From an uncultured bacterium (lineage in GTDB: Bacteria > SAR324 > NAC60-12), in assembly GCA_965662845.1 (NCBI GenBank), contig CBFIJD010000011.1, forward strand, positions 10,002 through 74,001: a DNA stretch of 64,000 nucleotides. The letters run 5' to 3'. The position numbers were made by a program, and so were the translations under genes. The notes beneath the pieces were generated by a model, which was given only the letters and a program-made list of their open reading frames with translations, was not told the DNA's origin and ran no database searches. Numbering within the stretch: position 1 is the stretch's first letter; each line of letters starts with the position of its first letter. Below are positions 31,052-40,159 of the stretch, one piece after another.

Positions 31052-32389
31052 ATGAACCTCAAACGCTATCGCGTCCAAAACATCCAGGAAGCGCTTCAGC
31101 TCATCAAAAAAGACCTTGGCCCCGAAGCCGTAATCGTCTCCACTCGTCAAGTGAAAGAAGGCAACAAAACCTTCGGCCTCTTCGCGAAGACAATGCTTGA
31201 AGTGACCGCTGCTAAAGACGACAAAAGCTCTCCAAAACCAGCCTCAGCTGCGAACCTCACCGGCTATCGCGCAACGGTCAATGGGGCGCCTAAGCCCGAC
31301 GGTGTCACGACTCCCACAGCGACAGCAACGCAACCACCGGTGGCCAAAGCGCCTGCGTCGGCCCCTGCCGTGCACACGAACCCTTCTAGCAACCCGCTCT
31401 CTGCCGACTCACAACGGATGCTGCAGCCCCTGCGTCAAGAGATTCAGGACTTGCGCGAGATGATCCGAACGTTAGGCGATCGCTCCGCCAGCTACGAAGA
31501 GCAGACGGTCGCTCAGCTCAAGCAAGAGCTTGGGGAAATGCGCTACATGCTGCACTCGCTCGCTTCGCGCTCCTCCTTGCAAGATGATCTGCAGCTTCCA
31601 GAAAATTTGATGGTGCTCTATCAGCAGCTGCGTTTCAGCGGCATGGAAGACAAGTTTGCCAGACGCCTGATGCTGGAGGCCCAGAAGAATATTGCGGAAG
31701 AAGATCTGCAAAACTTTTCGTATGTCAAAATTTTCATTGCGCGCATGCTGATGAAAATTGTGAAGACAACGCGAGGCGTCGAGAACATTACGTCTCCACA
31801 AAAGATTTTCTCGCTGATTGGGCCGACCGGCGTGGGCAAAACAACGACTGCGGCAAAGATCGCTTCAGAGCAATTGCTGCGCTACAAGCGCCGGGTCGCT
31901 CTCATCACGATTGATACCTTCCGCATCGCCGCCGTTGAGCAGCTGCGCACGTACGCCAAGATCATCAATGTCCCGTTGAGCATTGTTGCCGACAAAGCGG
32001 ATTTAGATCGCGCGATCGCGAGCTACTCAGATTATGACGTGATCGTGATTGACACAGGGGGCTGTTCCCAGCGGGATGACGCGCAGATGTTCGAGTTGAG
32101 AGAAATGTTCGACGAGCGCGGGCGTCTGCACAACATCTTAGTGCTGAGCACAACGACCAAAGACAGCGACATGAATGAGATCACGCGGCGCTTTGGCATC
32201 ATCCCCATCGACGGCGTGATCTTCACGAAACTTGACGAGAGTTCATCTTATGGCTCGATCTTCAATCATTCGATCCGCTTCAAAAAACCAATCTCTTTTC
32301 TAACGACTGGCCAAAAAGTACCCGAAGATATTGAGGTCGCGACCAAAGAGAGGTTAGTTGACTTGATGCTGAACATTTCTGGCAACTGA
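31052..32389 (+). CDS. flhF: SRP-type GTPase FlhF
   Basis: LGPEAVIVSTR, GPTGVGKTTT, DTFRIAAVEQL, TKLDE and GQKVPEDI. Confidence 0.95.
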   Translation: MNLKRYRVQNIQEALQLIKKDLGPEAVIVSTRQVKEGNKTFGLFAKTMLEVTAAKDDKSSPKPASAANLTGYRATVNGAPKPDGVTTPTATATQPPVAKAPASAPAVHTNPSSNPLSADSQRMLQPLRQEIQDLREMIRTLGDRSASYEEQTVAQLKQELGEMRYMLHSLASRSSLQDDLQLPENLMVLYQQLRFSGMEDKFARRLMLEAQKNIAEEDLQNFSYVKIFIARMLMKIVKTTRGVENITSPQKIFSLIGPTGVGKTTTAAKIASEQLLRYKRRVALITIDTFRIAAVEQLRTYAKIINVPLSIVADKADLDRAIASYSDYDVIVIDTGGCSQRDDAQMFELREMFDERGRLHNILVLSTTTKDSDMNEITRRFGIIPIDGVIFTKLDESSSYGSIFNHSIRFKKPISFLTTGQKVPEDIEVATKERLVDLMLNISGN

Positions 32390-32413
32390 CGCACTCCATC
32401 GTAAACACACTCC

Positions 32414-33301
32414 ATGAACGATCAGGCAAGTTCCTTGCGACGCATTGTGGGAGAAACAACGACCGCGTCCGCTTCGACGCGGGTGCGTGTGATGTGCATC
32501 ACCAGCGGCAAAGGGGGGGTCGGTAAAACCAACATCTCCATCAATCTCGCGATTGCGCTCGCTTCGCTCAATCGTCGTGTTTTCCTGTTAGACGCCGACC
32601 TAGGCTTGGCAAATGTCGATGTATTGCTAAACCTCACTCCGATGTACACGATGGAACACGTGATGTCGGGCGAGAAGGGAATCAACGACATCATCTTGGA
32701 TGGACCGGGCAACATCAAAATTCTGCCCTCCAGCTCCGGGGTGGTGGAAATGACAGAGCTTGACCGCGAGCAGCAGGTTCATTTGTTCCGCAAGTTGGGA
32801 GAAATTGAGCGCGAAATTGACTATCTGATCATTGACACCGGCGCCGGCATTGCTCCCCATACGCTGCGCTTTGTGGCCAATTCGGACGAGATTTTGATTG
32901 TGGCAACTCCAGAGCCCTCGTCGATGACAGACGCCTATTCTTTGATCAAAATCATGATCACTCGCTATCAAATCACTCGCTTCCGCGTCATCTCGAACAA
33001 CGTGGTCTCCGCCGCGGAAGGTCGCCAAGTCTATGAACGGCTCCAAAAGGTGACGCGAGACTTCTTGAAAACCGAGATTGACTATGTGGGCTATGTGTTG
33101 AAAGACCCCCTGCTGGTGAAATCAGTCAGGGCACAACGTCCGTTGCTGGAAGCTTATCCTGACGCCCCCGCTGCTCGATGTATCATGGCGCTGGCGCGGT
33201 ATTTGGAACATTTGGAAGTCCCCGACGTCGAGAGCTTAGCCTCGAAAACCGGGGCTCGCCGCAGCTTTTGGGAGCGCCTAGTGCGCTGGCAGCGCAAATG
33301 A
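32414..33301 (+). CDS. flhG: MinD-like flagellar number regulator FlhG/FleN
   Basis: DQASSLR, SGKGGVGKT, DADLGLANVD and DTGAG. Directly downstream of flhF. Confidence 0.93.
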   Translation: MNDQASSLRRIVGETTTASASTRVRVMCITSGKGGVGKTNISINLAIALASLNRRVFLLDADLGLANVDVLLNLTPMYTMEHVMSGEKGINDIILDGPGNIKILPSSSGVVEMTELDREQQVHLFRKLGEIEREIDYLIIDTGAGIAPHTLRFVANSDEILIVATPEPSSMTDAYSLIKIMITRYQITRFRVISNNVVSAAEGRQVYERLQKVTRDFLKTEIDYVGYVLKDPLLVKSVRAQRPLLEAYPDAPAARCIMALARYLEHLEVPDVESLASKTGARRSFWERLVRWQRK

Positions 33302-33347
33302 ACGAACTCTGCAAGGAAGCAGAGCCCACGAATTTTCGAGATCGCAC

Positions 33348-34121
33348 ATGCTAAGGACTGCTGTGAAATCTAACCCCTACGCCGACAAATCGCAGCAAAC
33401 ACGCGAACAACTTGTGTTGAAATATGCACCGCTGTTGAAGCGCATCGTGAGCCGGATGGCTGCTCGTTTTCCCCCTGAGGTGGATCACGAAGAAGTCTAC
33501 CAAGCTGGCATGATCGGACTCCTCGATGCGGTCGATAAATATGACCCTAGCAAAGACACGCAGTTCCAGACCTATGCGGAATATCGCATCAAAGGCAGCA
33601 TTCTAGACGAACTGCGCGCGTTAGACTGGGTCCCCCGCAGTGTGCGCTCGGCAGCAACCGAGTGGGAAAAAACATGGAATGAACAGTGTAGTACCTTGGG
33701 AAGAGAGCCTACTGATCAAGAAATGGCGGGAAAGCTTGATCTGAATTTGAGCGATTATCACGACTTTGTGAGCCACGCGAGCCCGCTCTCTTTGGTTTCT
33801 ATTGACAATTTAGGTGGAGGCGGTGACGAAGGTGATGAAGGCCAAAGCCTGCTGGATGTGCTGCGAGATCCCGACGGTTCCGACCCGTTCTCCGAGCTGT
33901 CGATGCACCACCTCAAAACGCGCCTTCAAGATGCCATTGAAGAGCTGACAGAGAGAGAACAGACGATCCTCTCTCTCTATTACATCGAAGAGTTAAATAT
34001 GAAGGAAATTGCCGCCGTTTTAGGAGTTGGCGAAGCCCGTGTTTCACAGATCCACACGAAAATTATTTTGAAATTACGAGCGAAATTGAGAAGAGTGCTG
34101 GAAGTAGAAAAAGCAGCCTAA
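33348..34121 (+). CDS. fliA: RNA polymerase sigma-28 factor FliA
   Basis: GLLDAVDKYDP, YAEYRIKGSILDELRALDWVPRSVR and EARVSQIH. Confidence 0.96.
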   Translation: MLRTAVKSNPYADKSQQTREQLVLKYAPLLKRIVSRMAARFPPEVDHEEVYQAGMIGLLDAVDKYDPSKDTQFQTYAEYRIKGSILDELRALDWVPRSVRSAATEWEKTWNEQCSTLGREPTDQEMAGKLDLNLSDYHDFVSHASPLSLVSIDNLGGGGDEGDEGQSLLDVLRDPDGSDPFSELSMHHLKTRLQDAIEELTEREQTILSLYYIEELNMKEIAAVLGVGEARVSQIHTKIILKLRAKLRRVLEVEKAA

Positions 34122-34143
34122 CTTAACCAGCAACGAGGCCACT

Positions 34144-34365
34144 ATGAAAGCAGATTTTGCGGACACAACGCTGCAGGAAATGATTGACCATCAGCGCGCT
34201 AAGGTGCTCCGCCTTGCACGTGAGATTCACCCCGGAGCCACCCCCGAAGACCTCCGCAATCCTCAAGACCTGCCAGCGCTCAACACAGATCCCTATTTCA
34301 ACTACGAAGATGGGATTCTCGCCGGCTACATTGCAGCTCAAATTGCGCTCCGTAGCCGCGCATGA
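34144..34365 (+). CDS. conserved-looking small hypothetical protein
   Basis: 73 aa with GAGG SD, in operon position after fliA. Motif TPEDLRNPQD.P.L...FNYEDGILAG. Confidence 0.65.
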   Translation: MKADFADTTLQEMIDHQRAKVLRLAREIHPGATPEDLRNPQDLPALNTDPYFNYEDGILAGYIAAQIALRSRA

Positions 34366-34691
34366 AAGATGTCCGCTGGAGCCGCTCTCTGTTAGTTGAG
34401 TTCCTCCGAAATCACCCATTTCAACCTCTTTTGCTGGAAGATCAGCGCACTCAGGCCCGCCTCAGAGGGCAGGTGCCTCTGGTCAACGACTTAGATGTAT
34501 GCAGTGGAATTTTGGCGGAAGCTCCCTGGTATATGGAGCCCAATCTATTGGATATTTCTCTCACGTTTCACGATCAATTTATCGGTGTGCACGTCATGTT
34601 AGAACAGCCTGAGACGGGAGAACTCGCGCTTTCACTGCCTTGGGAAATCCCCTACGTTGACCTACATATTGAATTACTATCAGCCACCTGA
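34362..34691 (+). CDS. hypothetical protein
   Basis: ATGA overlap with the preceding gene. Fills the gap before the aminotransferase. Confidence 0.55.
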   Translation: MKDVRWSRSLLVEFLRNHPFQPLLLEDQRTQARLRGQVPLVNDLDVCSGILAEAPWYMEPNLLDISLTFHDQFIGVHVMLEQPETGELALSLPWEIPYVDLHIELLSAT

Positions 34692-34719
34692 CCTCCCACT
34701 ATTTTGTCAAGGATCTCAT

Positions 34720-35952
34720 ATGGAAACCATGATCCCGAGTTTTTCCACAGATATTCACCCACCGAACACAGAACAGCTCTCATCTATTTTGCCATCAGAG
34801 CCTCTATTGCTGATGGGCGCGGGGCCTGTACCCATCTCACACGCGGTCGCTCGTGCTAACGGCGTGGTGATTAACCACCTTGGCGAGACCATGGATCGAG
34901 TGATCAGCAATTTGAAGTCGATGGCCGCGTATGCTTATCAAACCAAGAGCAGCAAGGTGCTGGGCGTCTCTGGACCGGCTTCGGCCGCGATCGAGATGGC
35001 GATCACCAACTTGTTGTGGCCGGGGCGCAAGGCGTTGATTTTAAAGATTGGCACCTTCAGCGGACGCATGGGAGAAATGGCCGAAGGCGTCGGAGCTGAC
35101 GTAGACATTTTGGAACGCACAGATGCCCGACCAGTCAGCGCCGAAATGGTAGAGCAGGCTTTTCGCAAGAAGAAGTATGATGTCCTGACCATGGTGCAGG
35201 GCGAGACCTCTTGTGGGGTCAAAACCGTGGATTTTCCAGAGATCGCCCGCATCGCCAAAGAAAATGGCGCGATGGTAATCGGTGACGCGGTCTGCACGCT
35301 GACTACCATGCCAATGGAGATGGATAATTGGGGGCTGGACGCCGTCATTGCCGGAGGACAGAAGGGGTTATCATCGATTCCAGGCGTATCGTTGATCGCC
35401 TTCTCTGAAGAAGCATGGAATCTGATTGAACAGCGGCCTGTCCGCCAACCGCACTGGTGTTTTGACGCGGTCCGCTCCCAGCGCTTTTGGGGAGGGCAGC
35501 AATATCACTACACAGCCCCCGTTCCCGGAATCTTAGCGCTGCATGAAGCGATGCGTCAGATCTGTGAAGAGGGACTGCCAGAGCGGTTCCAACGACACCT
35601 CGTGAACTCAAAAGCCTTGCAAGCAGGCATCGAAGCGATGGGGCTAGAGCTGTTCATTCCGGAAGATGTGCGGTTGAATTCCGTCGTCTCCATCAAAGTT
35701 CCTGAGAGCGCGGAGAGTTCGCGCATCCGTAAGCACATGGTGGACATGTTTCAGGTAGAGATCTCCGGAGCCTTCGGACTGAACATTGTGAGGATCGGTC
35801 AAATGGGCGAGCAGTGTCGCGCACACAACCTCTTCCGGGTGCTATACGCACTTGGAATGGCCTGTGTGCGAGAAGGCATCAACCTAGACGTGAGCACCGG
35901 CATGGCCGTCTTAGAGAAGAACCTGCAACACCCGGTGTTGCTCGCCAACTGA
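34720..35952 (+). CDS. class V PLP aminotransferase (alanine-glyoxylate/serine-pyruvate/PucG-like)
   Basis: LLMGAGP, VQGETSCGV, DAVCT, GQKGL (PLP Lys), YHYTAP and RIGQMG. Confidence 0.9.
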   Translation: METMIPSFSTDIHPPNTEQLSSILPSEPLLLMGAGPVPISHAVARANGVVINHLGETMDRVISNLKSMAAYAYQTKSSKVLGVSGPASAAIEMAITNLLWPGRKALILKIGTFSGRMGEMAEGVGADVDILERTDARPVSAEMVEQAFRKKKYDVLTMVQGETSCGVKTVDFPEIARIAKENGAMVIGDAVCTLTTMPMEMDNWGLDAVIAGGQKGLSSIPGVSLIAFSEEAWNLIEQRPVRQPHWCFDAVRSQRFWGGQQYHYTAPVPGILALHEAMRQICEEGLPERFQRHLVNSKALQAGIEAMGLELFIPEDVRLNSVVSIKVPESAESSRIRKHMVDMFQVEISGAFGLNIVRIGQMGEQCRAHNLFRVLYALGMACVREGINLDVSTGMAVLEKNLQHPVLLAN

Positions 35953-37331
35953 TGAAGGCGATTGAACTGCACTTCGATCGAGGCTCCCTGCAGCTGAGCG
36001 GGATCACCGACGAAGTGCGCTCCCTACTCCCCGCCTTACAGTGGGACGACCGAATCGAACGCTTCCGCGCTCCCGCTTACTCTTATCACGACATCGCGCT
36101 CGCCCTTCACCGTCGGCAACTGCCTTTCGTTGACAACGCTCGTCAATTTGCTCCCTGCTCCTTTCAGCTCAAGCAACACATCCAGCCCCGAAGTTACCAA
36201 GAAGAAGCCCTCACGGCGTGGTGGCAGTCTGGAAAACGTGGTGTGGTGACGCTCCCGACCGGCGCTGGGAAAACCATCCTCGCGATCCTCGCCATTGCTC
36301 GTACGGAACGCCCCGCGCTGATACACGTCCCTACCATTGATCTGCTGCATCAGTGGCATCAACTGTTAGAGCGCTTCTTTGGGGAGAAGGTGGGGCGAAT
36401 TGGTGGAGGCTATAAGGAATGGGAGCGGCTTACCGTTTCGACTTACGACTCAGCGTTGCTGCACGTGGAGTATCGCGGGAATCAATTTGGCTTGCTGGTG
36501 TTTGACGAGTGCCATCACCTCCCTGGTGAGCAGCTGCAATACACCGCCGTTGCTTCTCTGGCTCCGTTTCGTCTCGGACTCACCGCGACGCCTGAGCGCT
36601 CTGATGGCCGAGAACAACACCTCTATCAAATTTGTGGGCCACTCTGCTACGAGGCGCATATCGACGAATTAGAAGGGCAAACTCTGGCTCCATATCGCGT
36701 CCACACGATCGAGGTGGATATGTTGCCGGAAGAGGCGGAGCAATATCAGGAGCTGCGGCAACAGTACCTGCAGTTCGTGCGACAAGAAAGAATCCGGTTC
36801 GACACTCCTGATGGTTGGCAACAGTTTGTATTTCGTAGCTCGCGCACGCCGGAAGGACGCCAGGCTTTTCAAGCGTATTTGGCGCAAAAGCAGCTCAGCC
36901 AAGCTTCTCAAGCAAAACTAGGCTGGATCTGGCGACTGTTGACGCAACATGTCGAGGATCGGTTGCTGATTTTCACGCAAGATAACGAGATGGCTTACCA
37001 AATTGGACGCCGTTTCCTGTTGCCTGTGTTGACACATCACACCAAAACCAATGAGCGAGCTCAGTTTCTGAGCAAGTTTCGAGATGGGAGTTATCCGACG
37101 TTAGTGACGTCGAAAGTGCTGAACGAGGGGGTTGATGTGCCAGAGGCCAACGTGGCGGTTGTGGTCTCAGGAAGCGGCAGCATCCGGGAGCATGTGCAGA
37201 GGTTAGGAAGAATTTTGCGGGCAAAGCCGGGGAAAGAGGCCGTGTTGTATGAGTTGATTTCAAGAGGAACCGCCGAGCTGTATGTGAACCAGCGCCGACG
37301 GCAGCATCGCGCGTATGATCGTCAGCGATAG
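35952..37331 (+). CDS. XPB/Rad25-like SF2 helicase
   Basis: PRSYQEEAL, LPTGAGKT, DECHH, LGLTATPER, LNEGVDVP and QRLGRILR. Confidence 0.9.
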   Translation: MKAIELHFDRGSLQLSGITDEVRSLLPALQWDDRIERFRAPAYSYHDIALALHRRQLPFVDNARQFAPCSFQLKQHIQPRSYQEEALTAWWQSGKRGVVTLPTGAGKTILAILAIARTERPALIHVPTIDLLHQWHQLLERFFGEKVGRIGGGYKEWERLTVSTYDSALLHVEYRGNQFGLLVFDECHHLPGEQLQYTAVASLAPFRLGLTATPERSDGREQHLYQICGPLCYEAHIDELEGQTLAPYRVHTIEVDMLPEEAEQYQELRQQYLQFVRQERIRFDTPDGWQQFVFRSSRTPEGRQAFQAYLAQKQLSQASQAKLGWIWRLLTQHVEDRLLIFTQDNEMAYQIGRRFLLPVLTHHTKTNERAQFLSKFRDGSYPTLVTSKVLNEGVDVPEANVAVVVSGSGSIREHVQRLGRILRAKPGKEAVLYELISRGTAELYVNQRRRQHRAYDRQR

Positions 37332-38401
37332 CGGTCCATGCCTCCCATTCGCTTCACGCGATCAGCCGGAGGGATAATTTCAGTGACGCGCGCTCCAAAC
37401 TTCTCTTTGTAGACCACGACTTCGCCGCGAGCGACTAGCTTCCCGTTAACAAAGACATCGAGGTCTTCTCCAACGAGACGATGCAACTCCAGCACAGAGC
37501 CTTGCCCGAGAGACAGCAAGTCGCTGATGCTCATCTTGGCTCGACCCACTTCAAAGGTCACCGTTAGCGGCATCTCGAGCAAGAAGTTGACATCCAAGTT
37601 GGGGGCTTCCTCGACGTCTCCGCCTGCGTCTCCGCCACCAGTTTGTTGCTCTACCATGTCCAGCACGTTTTGAACGTTGCCTGGGCTGACTTGGCTAGGG
37701 TCTCCTCCAGTGAGACCTCCCAAATCCATGCCGCTCGTTGGAGCGATTTTTGAGGAACTCTCAGCGAATTTTGCCGCTGCTTGCATCTGTCGCTCTTCTT
37801 CCATTTCTGGCCCATCCTCGACAGCTATTTGCCCTACACCTGCGCCCGCGCTGGCTTGGTCAAACATACTGTCAATGTCGCCTTGAGAAGTCGGCCCACT
37901 CGCGGGAGGCGCTTGGAGTTTGGAGTCGTCAAAAGCGTCGGGACTAGCTTGCACGTTGGCGAAGAGGTCATCTACGCCTGACTGCGAGGCGACATCGCCG
38001 CTGCCTGTGCTTGGCGCGGGTGAGCCCCCAGAGCCGGCTTGATCAAACAAGTCGTCGATGGAGTCTTGGGAGACGGTGCCGCTGGTGTTCGTTTTCAGCT
38101 CTGGTTCTGCGCTACCGCCGCCATCGAACAAGGCGTCAATCCCTTCCTGCCCCATGGAGCCGTCGCTCTCTATGTTCGTGGCCAAGCCACCACCGCCGCC
38201 GTCAAAGAGGGCGTCGATGTCGCCCTGTGAGGTCGGTTCGTTTGGGTTCGTAGCGGGAGCGTCGTTCTGAGCGTTATCGAACATGCTGTCGATGTCATTC
38301 TGCGAAGCCGAGCCTCCACTTGGAGCCGCGGGTTCGGGTTTAGAGTCTCCACCGCTGGGTCCAAACAGCGCGTCGATTTCGTCTTGCGACATTTCAGCCA
38401 T
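37322..38401 (-). CDS. fliN: flagellar motor switch protein FliN with a long N-terminal extension of repeated CheY-binding-like motifs
   Basis: C-terminal SpoA domain (LLEMPLTVTFEVGR...LGQGSVLEL...VNGKLVARGEVVV...FGARVTEII). GAAGGA SD before ATG38401. Confidence 0.9.
   Translation of the reverse strand: MAEMSQDEIDALFGPSGGDSKPEPAAPSGGSASQNDIDSMFDNAQNDAPATNPNEPTSQGDIDALFDGGGGGLATNIESDGSMGQEGIDALFDGGGSAEPELKTNTSGTVSQDSIDDLFDQAGSGGSPAPSTGSGDVASQSGVDDLFANVQASPDAFDDSKLQAPPASGPTSQGDIDSMFDQASAGAGVGQIAVEDGPEMEEERQMQAAAKFAESSSKIAPTSGMDLGGLTGGDPSQVSPGNVQNVLDMVEQQTGGGDAGGDVEEAPNLDVNFLLEMPLTVTFEVGRAKMSISDLLSLGQGSVLELHRLVGEDLDVFVNGKLVARGEVVVYKEKFGARVTEIIPPADRVKRMGGMDRYR
37862..38389 (-). repeat. seven degenerate protein-level repeats [SG]QxxIDxLF within fliN
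   Basis: SQDEIDALF, SQNDIDSMF, SQGDIDALF, GQEGIDALF, SQDSIDDLF, SQSGVDDLF, SQGDIDSMF. Spaced 25-33 aa by G/S/P-rich linkers. Confidence 0.9.
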
Positions 38402-38421
38402 GTTTCCTTCTCCGTTGGGGC

Positions 38422-39330
38422 TCAATCATGGAACGCAAGGGGTTGCAGCGACTCGCGAACCCAGAGCTTGCGGGGTTGTTCTAGGGATAGGTCTTCGCAG
38501 GAAGTTGGGCCTACAAATTCTTGTTGTCGTAAAATCAGTTTCCAAGCGGAAAAATCTTGCGCTCCTACCCGGAAGGCGACCTCTACGCGGCCCTCTACCG
38601 GCGCGGGGTCATCTGCGATTTGCACGTCTCCGCGCAGCTGATGGGTTCGGCAGTGTTGACGAATGTGTGTCTCTACTGCCTGCAACCAAGGAGGGCGAAA
38701 AGAGCACCCTCGGTACAATTCAGGAGGAACTTCGCCGGCAAGCAGTGACGGGGCCTGTTCTGGGGTCACTCTCCCATACATGTGACCGCTGGGAAATTCC
38801 AAAAGCGTGGCGGCGAAGCGATGGCCACCTAAGTGCGTTGCTTCCCAGATCTCTGCTGGAATGTGCGCTTGCTGTGCGCTTGCACTCAAGGCTTGGAAGA
38901 CTCTCTGACCAAACTTTGCACAGCATTTATCATGCCTTCCGTGGGTGCAGACAAAGAACTGGCGTGGGCTTTCGATCGGTTTTCCATAGGCTTCAGACAT
39001 TCGCCCTTGGAGATGGGCTTCTAACACGGCGTAGATCTCTTCACGGGGAACATCCACATACTGCACTTGAGCGGGATAGGCATAGATGGTGACCGTTGCG
39101 CTAGAGGTGACTTCGGGGCTGCTGATCAACCGTGTTAAAATCTTGCCGTATTTCTCGCTATTTTCATCGAGCCACTCGCGAAAGTGGGGGGGGAAGCCCC
39201 CTTTAGAATTGACCAAAGCCTTGTCGCCCCAACAGGTTTTGGGCCAAGTGATGAAGAAGAAATGTTCGGCAAAGGGAGCCGTTCCCGCGAGGGGTTCTTG
39301 TTGTTCTGAGGACAATTGGCTGCAATACAT
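38422..39330 (-). CDS. sucrase/ferredoxin-like protein (Apd1/Aim32-type His2Cys2 [2Fe-2S])
   Basis: VCTHGRHDKCCAKFG and WEATHLGGHRFAAT motifs. Confidence 0.85.
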   Translation of the reverse strand: MYCSQLSSEQQEPLAGTAPFAEHFFFITWPKTCWGDKALVNSKGGFPPHFREWLDENSEKYGKILTRLISSPEVTSSATVTIYAYPAQVQYVDVPREEIYAVLEAHLQGRMSEAYGKPIESPRQFFVCTHGRHDKCCAKFGQRVFQALSASAQQAHIPAEIWEATHLGGHRFAATLLEFPSGHMYGRVTPEQAPSLLAGEVPPELYRGCSFRPPWLQAVETHIRQHCRTHQLRGDVQIADDPAPVEGRVEVAFRVGAQDFSAWKLILRQQEFVGPTSCEDLSLEQPRKLWVRESLQPLAFHD

Positions 39331-39336
39331 AAGGGA

Positions 39337-40158
39337 TTACTCAGAAGCTGGGTTAGCAGTGCCGCGCCAAGTCATTAGATTTGCCTCAAACTCAGGGTGT
39401 GGCAAACAGTGAATCGGGCCGAAGGTTTCAATTTGGGTAACACGTAAAAGCCGATGTTTGATCAGCTCCAAGAGCGCCATAAACGTTAACACCAACAAAC
39501 TACGTGAGGCTCGCGCGGGAAACAACTGCTCAACCGCTAGCGACTTCTGCCGTAACAGCTCACCCAGTAGCTCCTCCATTCGATCTTCAATGCGATACGA
39601 CTCCGTCTCTACGCGGTGTTCATGTATGCGTGGTCGGCGGGCCATGACTTGTTGAAACGTCGTTAGCAAATCGAACACCGAAAGCTCTTCAAACTCTTCC
39701 TCTTCTTGCTTGGCCGCGTCTGGCAACTCCTCTGCGGCTGGTGGGCGTTGGAAAACGTCTCGCCCCAATAGATCTCGGGTGCCTAGCGCAAAGGCGGCTT
39801 CTTTGAAACGCTGATATTCCAGCAACCGCTGCCGCAAGAGTTCCTCCGGGTCTTCGTCTGGCTCTTCATCGTCGTCTGATGGTGGGCGGGGGAGCAGTGC
39901 GCGCGACTTGATCAAGATCAGCGTGGCCGCAATGTCGAGAAATTCACTAGCTAGGTCTAAATTCACCGATTGCATGGCTTCCAGATATTCCAGATAAGAA
40001 GCGGTCAAATCGGCTAATCGGACCTCGGCGATTTCAAGTTTTTTGCGACGAATGAGATGCAGGAGCAGGTCAAGGGGCCCCTCAAAAAAGTTCAGTCGAA
40101 CTTCGAGGGGGTTCTCAGGATTGGGAAAAATCGACAGTTGAGGAGAGGGGTCATTCAC
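39337..40158 (-). CDS. scpA: segregation and condensation protein A (kleisin)
   Basis: FEGPLDLLLHLI, IKSRALLP, FMALLELIK and QIETFGPI. Confidence 0.95.
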   Translation of the reverse strand: MNDPSPQLSIFPNPENPLEVRLNFFEGPLDLLLHLIRRKKLEIAEVRLADLTASYLEYLEAMQSVNLDLASEFLDIAATLILIKSRALLPRPPSDDDEEPDEDPEELLRQRLLEYQRFKEAAFALGTRDLLGRDVFQRPPAAEELPDAAKQEEEEFEELSVFDLLTTFQQVMARRPRIHEHRVETESYRIEDRMEELLGELLRQKSLAVEQLFPARASRSLLVLTFMALLELIKHRLLRVTQIETFGPIHCLPHPEFEANLMTWRGTANPASE

Positions 40159-40159
40159 A

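Noticed and set aside
37862-38389. CRISPR-like or DNA-level tandem repeat
   Set aside because: The repeats are degenerate at the DNA level and conserved only as peptide motifs in frame within fliN. No cas genes.
38283-39092. 269-aa plus-strand ORF and many similar antisense ORFs across the window
   Set aside because: They lie opposite well-supported genes and have no motifs. Shadow ORFs.
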